From the NCBI RefSeq assembly GCF_009914755.1, contig NC_060928.1: a stretch of 64,000 bases of DNA, one strand, 5' to 3'. The stretch comes from the human T2T-CHM13v2.0 reference genome, Homo sapiens. The notes under the pieces were generated by a model. That model did no database searches. It worked only from the letters and a program-made list of their open reading frames with translations, and was not told where the DNA came from. Position 1 is the first letter of the stretch. The number at the start of each line of letters is the position of its first letter. Below, in pieces: positions 28,471-40,018 of this stretch. Position numbers and translations under genes: made by a program.

Positions 28471-28968
28471 TAACCATATAATTTAGAAATAACCACATAA
28501 TTTAGAAATAACTATATATCTATTATATATAACTATATATATTAATAACTATATATAATAACCATATGATATAATAACTATATAATAACCATATAACCAT
28601 ATAATTTAGAAATAACTATATATAGTTATATATAATATATAATATATAACTTTATATTAATAAATATATATAACTGTATATAACTATTATATATGTAGTT
28701 ATTATATATAGTTTTATATATAATATATTATATTATATAATATTATATATTATATTATATTATATAATATATATTATATTATATTATAATATATAAAATA
28801 TAATATTATATAATAGATTATATATTATATTATAATATTATATATTATATATATTATAATATATTATATATAATTATATGTATAATATTATATATTATAT
28901 AATATATAATATTATATATAATATATAACATATATATAACTATATATAGTTATTATATATAATATATA
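28471..28968. repeat. AT-rich tandem array (taaccatataatttagaaa units decaying into (TA)n/(TATAT)n)
   Basis: About 500 bp of almost only A and T inside the LTR. Confidence 0.95.
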
Positions 28969-30502
28969 TTCTTTCTTGTGCAAAGTCCAAGAACCCTCCC
29001 TTGGAGTCTTGAGACCGCTTTCCAGTAACACTTGTGCTTTTTGTAGACAATATTATTTTATATGGTTCCTAAGGGAATATTGGGGAGAAAGGAGACCATT
29101 TAGAAAAATATGAACAAATAAGAAGTCCAAGGGCTTCCTTTCTTTTGTGCTAGAATAATAGCGCTGAAAGGGAGCTCAGAGGTCATCTAATTCAACCTCT
29201 TCCTTTGGAAGATGAGGTGACAGTGGTTCAGGGAAGAAAAATGATTTCTTAAGATCACAGATCTTGCCAGTTTACCTGTAATGTAAGTAGTTTTTTTCTT
29301 AGGTATAATTGTGGGTAGACCAAATTTACCTTCCTTGTACTAAAGTGATCTTTTGCTCTTCAAATGTTCCTCTGCACTATGATGGAAAGGAACTCTGTCA
29401 TCTGTGTGTTCCTACAAATAAGTTTAAGGAAAGACACTGTAAAAATGGCTACTTAGAGTTTAATCTTTATTCTTCAAGGAGAATAATATAATCTTTCTTT
29501 CTCTTAAGAAACTTCAGGCATAAAAGAAGGCAGACATTTTTACGTTGAAGGCATCCAGAAGCTTTTACCTCTCGTATTTAAAATCTAGTCATTGAGAGTA
29601 TCCACTTGCCAAGCTCTTTGTGCATGCAAAGAACGAGGCTAGCTTTTCTCTAAGCCTCAATTTCCCCATATGTGGAACAGAGATAATATTCATACTATAG
29701 TGTGTTTATGTCACAAAGTTGTGGTGAAAATAGGTAAGAAAACGTATTTAATAGCATCAAGCATTCTGTACATGCTCACTTCCTTTTTTGCCTATTTTGC
29801 TTTCTTTCATCCTTGGACAAATTATATAGCTGATTTCATCTCCTCGCTGTAACTGAGGGGGCTGAGAGATGTATATAGGTGCATATATTCACCCCCACAC
29901 ATATAATTATGGTGTAGAAACATACATACTCTTAAATGTTCTCCTTTGTAGCACTTATTGCAGTTGTAAACATTTATTTAAACATTTGCCTAATGCCTAA
30001 CTTTCTATCTGAACTCTAAGCTTCATGTGAATAAGGACCATTCTTGCTCTGTTCGCTGTTGTATGTGAGTACCTGCAGATTGTTAAAAATTAATCTTACA
30101 TCTATTTTTTGCATGTTAGTTTAAGTGCCAAACATTTTTCTAGGCCATGGGTGTCTGGCAGTTTACAGAAAACAAATCTCTGGCTATAGCGCTTTGTTCT
30201 AGTGGAGGAAACAGATGATCATACATTACTGCTTCTCCATTTACTTGCTGTGTGATTTCAGGAAAATTACACGACCTATCTGTGCCATAGTTTTCTTATC
30301 TGCAAAATAAGAGATCATCATCCATAGGTTTCTCACGTTTTTTAGCTCCTGTGAACAGCTGTTATTCTGGGCCAGCTTTTTAGGTATATATATATGTATA
30401 TATATTTATTTATATATTTATAATTATATTAAATATACATATAGTTATTATATGTATGTGTATATATATATATATATAAAGTAAAAAAATTACTTAAAAA
30501 AT

Positions 30503-30791
30503 ATATTTTTTGAGACAGAGTCTCACTCTGCTGCCTAGGCTGAGTGCAGTGGTGTGATCACTGCTCACTGCAGCCCTGACCTCACTGGTTCAAGCAATCC
30601 TCCTGCCTCAGCCACTTAAGGAGCTGAGACTGCAGGTGTACACCACCACACCCAGCAAATTTTTGTATTTTTTTGTAGAGACAGGGTTTCACCATGTTGC
30701 CTAGGCTAGTCTTGAACTCCTGGGCTCAAACAATCTGCCCTCCTCAGCCAATCAGTGTTGAGAATACAGGCATGAACCACCATGCCTGGCC
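30503..30791 (-). mobile_element. AluJ SINE (tail expanded into a TA repeat, 30385-30502)
   Basis: Reverse Alu with J features (gaactcctgggctcaa); adjacent TA-rich tract. Confidence 0.93.
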
Positions 30792-30835
30792 TTTAAAGTA
30801 TATTTGTATAGCACATAGCCTTGGAAGGTATAGCA

Positions 30836-31055
30836 CAGGGGTGTCCAGTTTTTGGTTTCCCTGGATCATATTGGAAGAAGAAGAATTGTCTTGGGCCACA
30901 CATGAAATACACTAACATTAACTATAGCTGATGAGCTAAAAAAAATTGCAAAAAATCTCGTAATATTTTAAGAAAATTTATAAAATGTGTTAGGCCACAT
31001 TCAAAGCTGTCCTGGGCCACATGCAGCCCTGTGGGCTGTGGGTTGGATGAGTTTA
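30836..31055 (+). mobile_element. MER30 hAT-Charlie MITE
   Basis: caggggtgtcc...ggaagaagaagaattgtcttgggccacaca...gatgagctaaaaaaaattgcaaaaaatctc...gggttgga; 8-bp TSD gtatagc(a/g). Confidence 0.9.
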
Positions 31056-31441
31056 GTATAGCGTCTCCCTCCATGGACAGGGCAGATCTATTTCCTGACC
31101 AATATAATAAAAATAATGTCTTCCTCTGAGACAAAGGTTGAGCAGGTTTGCCAGTGGCCTGGTTATAAGATTAGGGGTTTCCTAGGGTCAGATTCCTTGG
31201 CTGTGACACAAGTCCAAAGTGTGTGCAGTGTCTACACAGGCCCACCTCCATTGTCTGTGTGGAAATTGGGTGGAGCAAAGGGAACTGATATGAACATGAA
31301 GTTCATGCCGTCTGCTGTGCCATGAGTAATAACATCTTTGCTTCTGACCCGGGAGTCTCATATCTTCTGCCAGCATCTGTGTGTGGCAGCTTGACTTATT
31401 AGCTGGCAAGCAGGGGAAAATATCAGATCCTTCACAATTTT

Positions 31442-31921
31442 ATTTATATTTATGTATTTATTTTTTAAATGTATTAAATTTATTAATGCTAAGCTTATTA
31501 AATTAATATAAATTATGGAGTACAAGTGTAATTTTGTTACCTGGGTAGATGGCATAGTGGTCAAGTCAGGGCTTTCAGCGTATCCAGCATCTGAATAACA
31601 TACATGGTACCCATGAAGTAATTTCTCATCATCTACCCTCTTCCCACCCCCACACCCTTCTGAGTCTCCATTGTCTATCACTCCATACCCTATGTCCGTG
31701 TGTACACACACTTATAAGCGAGAATAGGCCTTATTTATCTTTCTGTGTCTGATTTGTTTCACTTAAGATAATGGCCTCCAGTTCCATCTATGTTGCTATA
31801 AAAGACATTATTTAACTTAAAAACTGGCTGAATATAGTATTCTATTGTGTATATAAACTACGTTTTCTTTATCTAATCATCCATTGATGACCACTTAGGT
31901 TGATGTCATATCTTTGCCTTG
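31442..31921 (-). mobile_element. 5'-truncated L1MA-type 3' end
   Basis: Reverse L1 3'UTR (gtttcacttaagataatggcctccagttccatc); 14-bp TSD tccttcacaatttt at 31428-31441 and 31922-31935. Confidence 0.9.
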
Positions 31922-32174
31922 TCCTTCACAATTTTTGATGATAACATAGTTCCTACTTCACAGTGTTGTTGTGAGGATTAAATAAAAGAATGCCCTTGTG
32001 CTTGCTGCTACTTTGTCTGGTATCCTTGTCTCGCCTCCCAACATATACATTCTGATCCTGCATTCACATGATAGTTACTTGCTCATTCACTCACCAACTT
32101 TAGGTTTCTCCTCAGGTAGTACCTTCTTAGTGAGGTCTATCTCAACATCCCTGTTTAAAATGACAGCTTCCCCC

Positions 32175-32587
32175 TATTAGCCAGGGTTCAACGAGAGAAA
32201 CAGAAGCAGTAGGAAACACATATTAAGAGATTTACTGCAGGAAATTGGCTTATGCAATTGTGGAAGCTGGCTAGGCATGATAAATATCCATAGGGCAGGT
32301 CCATGGGGAAGGGTGGGCTGGAACCCTCAGGTATGAGCTGACACTGCAGCCCACAGATGGAATTTCTTCCTCAGGGAAGCCTCAGCTCTACTGGTAAAAC
32401 CTTTCAACTGCTTGAATCAGGCTCACCCAGACCATCTAGGATCATCTTCCTTACTTAAAGCCAACTGATTATGGACTTTAATCACATCTACAAAATACCT
32501 TCATAGTAACACCTAGGTTAATGATTGATGGAATTATAGAGGACTGAAGCCCTGACAGGTTGACCCATCAAAAGACCAGAAACCACA
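32175..32587 (-). mobile_element. MLT2 (MLT2D-like) ERVL LTR
   Basis: tattagccagggttc...agaaacagaagcagtagga...ggaaattggcttatgcaattgtggaagctggc...ttacttaaagccaactgatt. Confidence 0.8.
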
Positions 32588-32589
32588 AT

Positions 32590-33490
32590 ACTGGCTGTTT
32601 TCTTCATCTGTTTATTTTTGTCACCACAGCTATCAGCCTCTAATTTACTATTTTAACTTATTTTTCCAGTTGTCTGTCTCCTCTACTAAAAGGTACATCC
32701 CATGAAAAGAGGGATTTTTGACTGTTCACTGTTATCTTATTTGCCTATACATTGTGTATATGGGAAATAGCCTACACCATGCTATTATTGATCAATAGCA
32801 GTAGATGGACAATAAATACATGCTAAATTATTGAATGAATGAAGACCACATGCTCAGAAAAGGGCCTGATTCATTATAATTGTACACTAAACGGTATAAT
32901 AAATGTGCAAATGATACCATCCACTTTGTATTTATGCATCTCAATATTTTTTTCACACTTTCCTTCTTTGATCCTCGACACCTTTTCAAGGGTGCTAAAT
33001 CCAGTAGCCTTTGCTAGATCCAGGTCCCATGGAACTCCCCTGCCTGCCCCAGTCTCTAGCCTCACTTGTGGTCCACTCAAATGCATCAAATGTTTCTGCT
33101 GGCCTGAATTTCTTTAAATCCTTAAGTTCTTTTTGCTGCACCTTCTACCTCTCTTCTCTTGTACAAGCTGTTCTCTCAGCCGTGAATGCTTTCTCCCACC
33201 TCGTATTCACCTGGCTCAGTTTTATTCTTCTTTTAATACTCAGTTGAGGTGTTGATTCCTGTTCAAGGTCCTTTCTGATCCCCAAGACGGGTGCCTCCTT
33301 TTGTGCCTCCCTGGTGTTCTGCCCTCAGTCTGTCCTAACACCTAGCCAATTCCTACGCTCCATTATATTTGGCTTTTTCACACATTCCACACTAAAATTC
33401 TTGAGGACAAGATCATGTCATTTATTTCTGTATCTCCAGAATATAGTATGACTTTGGGCACAGAGAGATGCACAATACATTTTGGACAAA
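32590..33490 (+). mobile_element. L2 3' end fragments (two termini, ~32840 and ~33490)
   Basis: ccatgaaaagagggatttttgactgttcactg...ttgaatgaatga; cttgaggacaagatcatgtc...tgtatctccag. Confidence 0.65.
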
Positions 33491-33549
33491 CGCGTAGTTG
33501 AAGGAGGGCACCCAAATGACACAGAAACAGCTACTTTGCTCAGCAAGGG

Positions 33550-33733
33550 CAGTGCCTCTCAACTCTCACCTTGCATTAGAATCCCGGGGGACAGTTTTAA
33601 ACATATAGTGCCTGGGCCTGAACTCCCCAAATTCTGATTCAGCTGGTCTAGCATGAGGCTTGAGTGTTGGTATTTTTTTTTTAATGGAAACTCTACAAAT
33701 GAGTTTGATGTGCAGCCAAGGCTAAGAAACACA
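33550..33733. mobile_element. MER5A/B MITE
   Basis: tgcattagaatc...aattctgattcagctggtct...tgatgtgcagccaaggctaagaa. Confidence 0.75.
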
Positions 33734-34159
33734 ACCTCTGGGATAGCTCTGAGCTAAGTTTCTATTTTATTTGCTCCCTGTCTGGCCAGAGGAACAGAGT
33801 TGCCCCTTTCCCTTTAATTTGAGAGCAGTTTTTTTCTCTGGGGAAGCTTTGTACCTGGAATCCTTGCTCAGTGCTCAAAGTTAATGGTGCACCTGTGTTT
33901 ATGGCCTTGAGCAGCCTGGCCAGGGAAGAATTTGCATTTTTACTGCATTTGTATCATTTGTTGAAAAGGATGTATTATGTGATCACAGGCAGATGCTTTG
34001 AAGGTAATACAAATGATTCGGAATTTGTCATTGAAACTCACATTGTTTTTTGGGAATGAGAAGGAGGTTGTAGCTGGGTGGTGGGCTGTGGAGGTTGTTT
34101 AAGCGAGATCAGCCTGTCAGGGCACCTGAATTTCTTCCTTGTTAACTACCTTAATCTAC

Positions 34160-34380
34160 ACATGGTGGTTAAGAGCGAGTACTCTGGAGTCAAATGCCTG
34201 AGTTTGGGTCCAAGCTGAGACGTTTAACAACTTACTAGCCTTGTAATTTCTTTGTGCCTCAGTTTCCTCAACTGTCCCATAAGGCCATAGTGCTACTGCA
34301 TACAATTTTGAGGATTAAATTGTATGGTGTATATAAATTACCGGGCACATAGTAGGTGTCCCAAGACAAAGTTGTTATTG
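34160..34380 (+). mobile_element. MIR
   Basis: gtggttaagagcgagtactctggagtcaaatgcctgagtt...gtgcctcagtttcctca...gaggattaaat. Confidence 0.85.
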
Positions 34381-34904
34381 CTGTCATCTCCCCCATGCCT
34401 TCCTCTTCACCCCTGGTCCCCAGCCTCAGGTGACGTCTGTACAATCACTCACCTGTACGGTTGCAATAGCTTCCTAATGGGACTTCTTGCCTCCACCTGC
34501 CTCAAATCCATCCAGCACACGACCTGCATTTCTGTCTTTTGGGCACTTTGTTTTTAACAATTTATTCACTTATTCAGTCATCTTTGATGGCTCTCTCTTG
34601 CCTGTTGCATTAGCCCCAAGTTCTCCAGTTACCTTTCCTGAGCCGTCCTGTCCTTTAGCTGCTTAAGGATATTTAGTGCTATTCATGCCCACCTGCTCCA
34701 CCTTCACCACATTCCCATTGGGTGGAATGGCTTTTATTTTTTCTCTATGAGGTGCTTTAAACTTTCCAGTCTCCCTACCTTTGCTAGTCTTTTTCCATGT
34801 AATTATGTAAATCCAAACTACATAATGCTGGTCTTATCTCCTCCAATTAACTTCATCCTTTGACTTCAGCCACACTACTGTGTCTTCTATAAAGGACACA
34901 TTTC

Positions 34905-35315
34905 TTTAGGGTTTGCTAATTTATTTTCGGAGCAATCCCCCAATTCCAGTGGCTGAACCCTTGTTCTCAACCCTGTCACAATGCAATATAGGTCTCTATC
35001 TAGGAGTGTGGATCTGCTATGATGCAGCTGTGATTAAAAGACCCACACTTCGTCCCTAGAGTGGACCTGCCATTTCCCAGGGCCTTTGGGAATCGATGGG
35101 ATTCTCTGCACTGATCAGAGGCAAAAGAAGAGGAAAGATTGCTTAGGGGCTGGCCAGGCTTAAATGAGGCATATGTCACATCCCTTCACATTTCTCTGTC
35201 CAAACTCAGTGTCATGGCTCCACTTAATAAAGATGGAGGCTGGGAAATGTAGTCTGTCTTTGTGTGCCGAGGCAAAGGTAATGGAGATGGCAAACATACC
35301 ATGTTCTCTCTGCCA
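34905..35315 (-). mobile_element. Old MaLR LTR (MLT1J-like)
   Basis: ggaggctgggaaatgtagtct and flanking MLT1J-like sequence. Confidence 0.5.
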
Positions 35316-35750
35316 CATTCACTGCAGTACAGTTTAACAGTTGACATTTCTAGTTTCTCGAAAAATGGACTTTCAGTTTTTCTAGGTTGTACTTATTTGA
35401 GATGCTTTTTTCAAACACAGAATTCACTGGTCGTTTTTTCTTCTGAGCAATATTGGCAAGAAGTGAGACGTGATCAGCGTTTCTTTGTGTTGCTTTTCAC
35501 AGTGACCTTGATTGGCATTCTCTAAGGACACAGACATACTGTTTTAAGCCATGGCTGAAAGTACATTCTGACACAAGAGAGGGTGATGAGAGAGAAGTAA
35601 AAAGACAGAGTGAATAAAGAACTTTATAATTTATCAAGGTGTGAATACCCAAATCTTTTCTGAATATTTTTCTTCAAAAAAAGTATCACAGGTGACTTGT
35701 GGATGTGGCTTTCTTTCTGGCCAGTGGGAGAACACATCAGGGGAGAGTTC

Positions 35751-36155
35751 TGTAGTTTGCTTTGTGCCCTTGACAGAGATATGTTAAAGTCCTTACCCCT
35801 AGTACCACGAAGGTGACATTATTTGGAAATAGGGCCTTTGCAGATGTAATCAAGTTGATATGAGGTCATAGTGGATCAGGGCAGGCTGGAATGCAATGGC
35901 TGGTGTGCTACTCAGATGAGGGAGGTTTGGACACAGACACTCAGAAGAGCACCATGAAAAAGCACAGAGGCACAGACACATAGAGAAGACAGCCATGTGA
36001 TGACGAAGGCAGAGATTGGGGTGATGCTTCTAGAAGACAAAGAATGTCAAGGATTGCTGGGCAACCACCAGAGGCCAGAAAGAGGCAAGAAGGATTCTTC
36101 CCTAGAGATTTCAGAGAGAGGGCAGCCCTGCTGACACTTTGATTTTGGACTTCTG
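35751..36155 (+). mobile_element. MLT1C-like LTR, 3' truncated
   Basis: gatatgttaaagtccttacccctagtacc...ttatttggaaatagggcctttgcagatgtaatcaagtt...gccctgctgacactttgattttggacttc. Confidence 0.88.
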
Positions 36156-36739
36156 TTTTTGGATATGCTGTTTATTTTTCAGGTTATCCAAAGTTATATT
36201 GATTCTTTTTGTTGTTGTTGTAAATTTGAAGAAGGAGCATCTTTTGTGAATTCATGCAGAGATGTGGTATGGGCTAGCAGTGGCCTGGATATGAGCCTTA
36301 ACATTCAGCCTGGAGTAAATATTGTGGTTTGCTTGGTAAGAAAGAAGATTTAATAAGATTCCAACTAATTTTCCTATTACTGATCCTCACTGTTCTGGTC
36401 ACTGTGTCAAATTCTGACCTTATCCTTGAGGATATTCCCATCTCATGGGGTGACAGACAAGTCATGGGCTGCTAAACCATGTGTGCTCAGGGCTGGATAG
36501 CAGCAAGCACAGAGCAGTCACTGTGTGAACACAAACAGGAGCATCTCACACTCAGCACCAGCGAGGTGGGGAAGGGTTGGTCAAGGAAGGCTTCCTGGAG
36601 GAGGTGGCTGCTCTGCCGTCACTCCCAGCTTTTTCTGAAGGTAAATGTTGTGCAAATATTTAAAAAGTTGCAACCCTCAGAGTGCTCACATACTTGAGAC
36701 CAGTCCTTTTGGGATGCTTGAGAAAGTGTGGAGCTTTAC

Positions 36740-37260
36740 TGATCATGCCTTTGTATTCTGTATTTTTGATGGTTTGACAACTTGAGGCCTTGCTAACGTT
36801 GGTGGGATTGCACCTCCCTGGACTAGCTAATTCCTAGTGGTTACTAAAAACTGGTTCTGAGCATGTCTTTCATATGCAAACCAACAAATCCAGAGCCCAT
36901 ACCCCTAGCACCTCCTTTACAGAGATTTTATACTTCAGGCCACTATTTCCCTTATCGCCTTAGGGCCAGGTACCAGTAAGATAGGGGCACCCTCCATGCC
37001 CTAGAACCTGCTAAAATTATGCACACTAGCCAGTCCTAATGCTTACCCTGTCTCACCCATTTCTCTGGAAACCACAACAAAGGCTCTTGCCCCCAGTTCC
37101 CCTTCTCCCCTCTGCCCAGGGGTCAGACCCTGCTGCTTCCCTGCATGGCCTTGCATAGAGTGGCATGAGAACTGTGAGAGGACTTCTTCCTTCATGACAG
37201 TCATTTCTCTGCCTGTGTGTCTTACCATACCTGATTAAAACAGTCCCGGGTACCCATTGA
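36740..37260 (+). mobile_element. MER74-like ERVL LTR
   Basis: ctagctaattcctag...ctttcatatgcaaaccaacaaatccagagccca...agggccaggtaccag...ggaaaccacaacaaaggctcttgccc. Confidence 0.8.
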
Positions 37261-38649
37261 AAAAAGACCTGATTAAAGGGTTTAGGGAACTGTTTGGATT
37301 TCAGAAAGGATGGAGCCTGAAGGGAGAGAGGGATGTGGTGAGTAAGAAGGCTGCAGAAATGAGCAGCGCTCACATCCTGGGGAATATGGCAGGGATGAAA
37401 GAAGACAGCCAGAGACAACCCAGCACCGGGCAGCTCCACTGACAGAAGCCTTGGCTGGGGAACCAGAAACCTATGCTGTTCATCAGCCCTCTGTCGAGTC
37501 GTGACCACCGTAAGTTATCTGAATTTCCCTACAGGAGGCAGCAAAGGCCCTTGTGCATCCCTCTTGTGGCAGTAATAAAGGTGGTTGGAGGCTGAGAGCC
37601 AGAGTCCCTGTCCTAAGCAGGTTTTCAGGGAGATAACTGGGAGAGAGTGTGGAGTCCAACAGTACAGTTTTGGGAAAGAAAACAGGCCAAGTCCCTGGAG
37701 AATAACAGAAAGCCAGTTTGGGCCTCAAAAGTAGCTCTGGCAGCCTTATCAGTCAAAAGGCTTCTCGGAGAAAGCATTTCCAGGGCCCTACCTGTGCTGC
37801 CACAGTGGCAACCTGCCCTCCCGTGGGCTCAGCCCTTCCAAGCTCTGATGAAAGGACTGGCCTGGAACACCTTTAATCAATTCCCCTTTATCTCTTCCTG
37901 AGGGAGGATAATCCTCTGTTTTGCAGTCTCTTTCCATCCAGCATGTAGCATCTATTGATTTTTATAGCTGTTTTTGCCAGTCAGTATGGGTGCTGAAGGA
38001 GAAAGACCTGCAGGTCTGAAGTTCTGAACTTGAGGAAGGAGTTCAGACTCTTGAAAGTAACCACTCTTTTTCTTCTTCTTCTTCTTTTTTTTTTTTTAAA
38101 GTGCCAGATCCTATGGGATATAGTACACAGGTCCTCTTTGAGGAATGCACAGTTATTCTGGTTTAATCGTTTTATTCCTTTCACATCATCACCAAAACAA
38201 AACTCTCTTCCTGATTATTTGTTCATGAGAATACATAGTGGCACAATGTTACATCCAATACCATCTTACTTATGTGTTCTTAGGCACAGACATTACAGCA
38301 ACAAAAGGTCAAATCATAGCATCTCAGATTTGGAATAATCATTAGGTAGGTACTTGTGGCTCATAAAACACTTTCTCCTTTGTTATGTAGTACAATTCTT
38401 ACATGGAATCAGTGTTTTATGGATTAGGAATTTGAGCCATAGAGAGAAGGTCATTTATTCTATCAGAAAATATCCACTGAGCATCCTCTTTGGGACCAGT
38501 ATTATTCTAGGTGCTGGGGATCTGGTGTAACCAGAAGACAGGAACTCCCTGCCTTCCTGGAACGTATTCATAAGTAAGGCATTCTGGAAACTGACTTGTA
38601 CTCAAGTTTCCTGTGATAAGTGCAACAAGAATGATTTCTGAGGCTGTTT

Positions 38650-38830
38650 AGAGTGAAGCTTTGCCACTCCATAGCTGTGTAATCTTGGTCAAATTACTGA
38701 ACTCACTTGAATCTCTGTTTAAGATACAGAAAATGACTGTACCTGACTCAAGGGGTTGCTGAGAAGTTAAGGGATTATGGAGGTCAAATACCTGGCCCAC
38801 AGCAAGGACTCGATAAAGGACAATTGTTAT
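38650..38830 (+). mobile_element. MIR
   Basis: tttgccactccatagctgtgtaatcttggtcaaattactgaac...cctggcccacagcaagg. Confidence 0.75.
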
Positions 38831-39194
38831 CACTGCGCATGAACAGCTGTAAAGGCTTGGAATTAGAAGTCATTTCTTCCCACTGGATGACAGGAGCAGA
38901 GAAACCTTCTCAGAGGAGGTTACCTTGACTTGGGCATTACAGGACAGGCCTCTATTCTTGGGAAATGATCTTTTTCTATCTGTTAGAAAAATACTTGATT
39001 GAGACCCATTTAACAAGTCTTTTGTGTAAAGACATTACTTTCCCATTAGAAAAGTTTTATTCTGGAACTTGTGAGTTCATGTCAACATATTGAAAGTGAG
39101 AGTCATAAAAAGGCAGCTGAGTGACAGGATGCAGAAATGCAACCAATATGAAATTCAGTTCAGTTCTTTTACAAACCTTCCCCTACAGTAACAA

Positions 39195-39385
39195 AGAGTG
39201 GGCTCTGTAGTCAGGCAGAAAGACTGCATTGGACCCTGGTTCCTCCATGTATTAGATGTGTGCCTCAAATAAGTGCAGTAAACCCTGTGGGTCTCAGTCC
39301 TTCATCTATGAGTTAGGAAGAACATTTCCTACATCTTGGGGATAATGCTTATAAAGCACTTAACATGATGCCTGGCTAATGAAGG
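39195..39385 (+). mobile_element. MIR
   Basis: gagtgggctctgtagtcaggcag...tctcagtccttcatctatg...taaagcacttaacatgatgcctggc. Confidence 0.7.
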
Positions 39386-40018
39386 ACAGCTGAAAACATA
39401 AAATTAATGCACCCAAGACTGGTTTCTTCTTGCATAATTGCTTTGGTTAGTGGCACATTGTGGGGAGAAAGAGCCCTGTGTCCAGTCCTGGGCTTGTCCC
39501 TAACTCAGCAATGGCCATAGGCCAGTCGATTGCCCATTCTTTCTTTCCATTTTCTCCTCTGTAAAATGAATATTGGCACCAAACCTGGGTGCTTAGACCT
39601 TTTCTCTAGCCCAGAGGAGGTCCTAGAAGCTGCTCCAGGTGTTTTCATTGTTCCAAAAAGCCTTCTGGATACCTTATGGGTAGGCTAAATAAAAGTACAC
39701 AGGCTAGGAAAAATGATTTTTGTTGTATCATTCCTTTGTTTAAAATTCTCCAAGGCTCTCCATTTTTCTTGGGGGTAAAGGCCAGTGTCTTTCCAACACC
39801 ATACATGGTCTTGCACCATCTTTTTTTTTCCTCAGCCCCACTACCTTTGTGGATCATCTGAGACTGTCCTAGGATTTTGCCCAGTCTGCACTAAGTGACT
39901 GTTTCTCAGATACTCTGGGCATGCTTTGGTTTTCCAGCCTTTGCTTAGAATGCTTACCTTAGAATGATATTGTATGAATGACTCTTACCTCCTTTAACTA
40001 GCACCCCATGAATCCTAT

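Larger units (their letters stand above)
28046..29030 (+). mobile_element. MER41B ERV1 solo LTR, R region replaced by an AT-rich array
   Basis: tgtcagagccatttgaaccagagtgactccatcttg start; B-type cattatac...attataatgcattagcatgctaaaagacactc block; ends gaaccctcccttgg...tttccagtaaca; 4-bp TSD-like tttg/cttg. Confidence 0.92.
30322..31940 (+). mobile_element. ERVL solo LTR, LTR40-like, interrupted by AluJ, MER30 and L1MA
   Basis: gaacatgaagttcatgc...tgtgccatgagtaataa...tctgacccgggagtctc...cttctgccagcatc...cagatccttcaca LTR40 3' region. Confidence 0.75.
30230..31990 (+). mobile_element. MIR split by LTR40 (pieces 30230-30321 and 31941-31990)
   Basis: ttacttgctgtgtgatttcaggaaaattac...cttatctgcaaaataag; resumes as tagttcctacttcacagtgttgttgtgaggattaaat. 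Confidence 0.7.
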
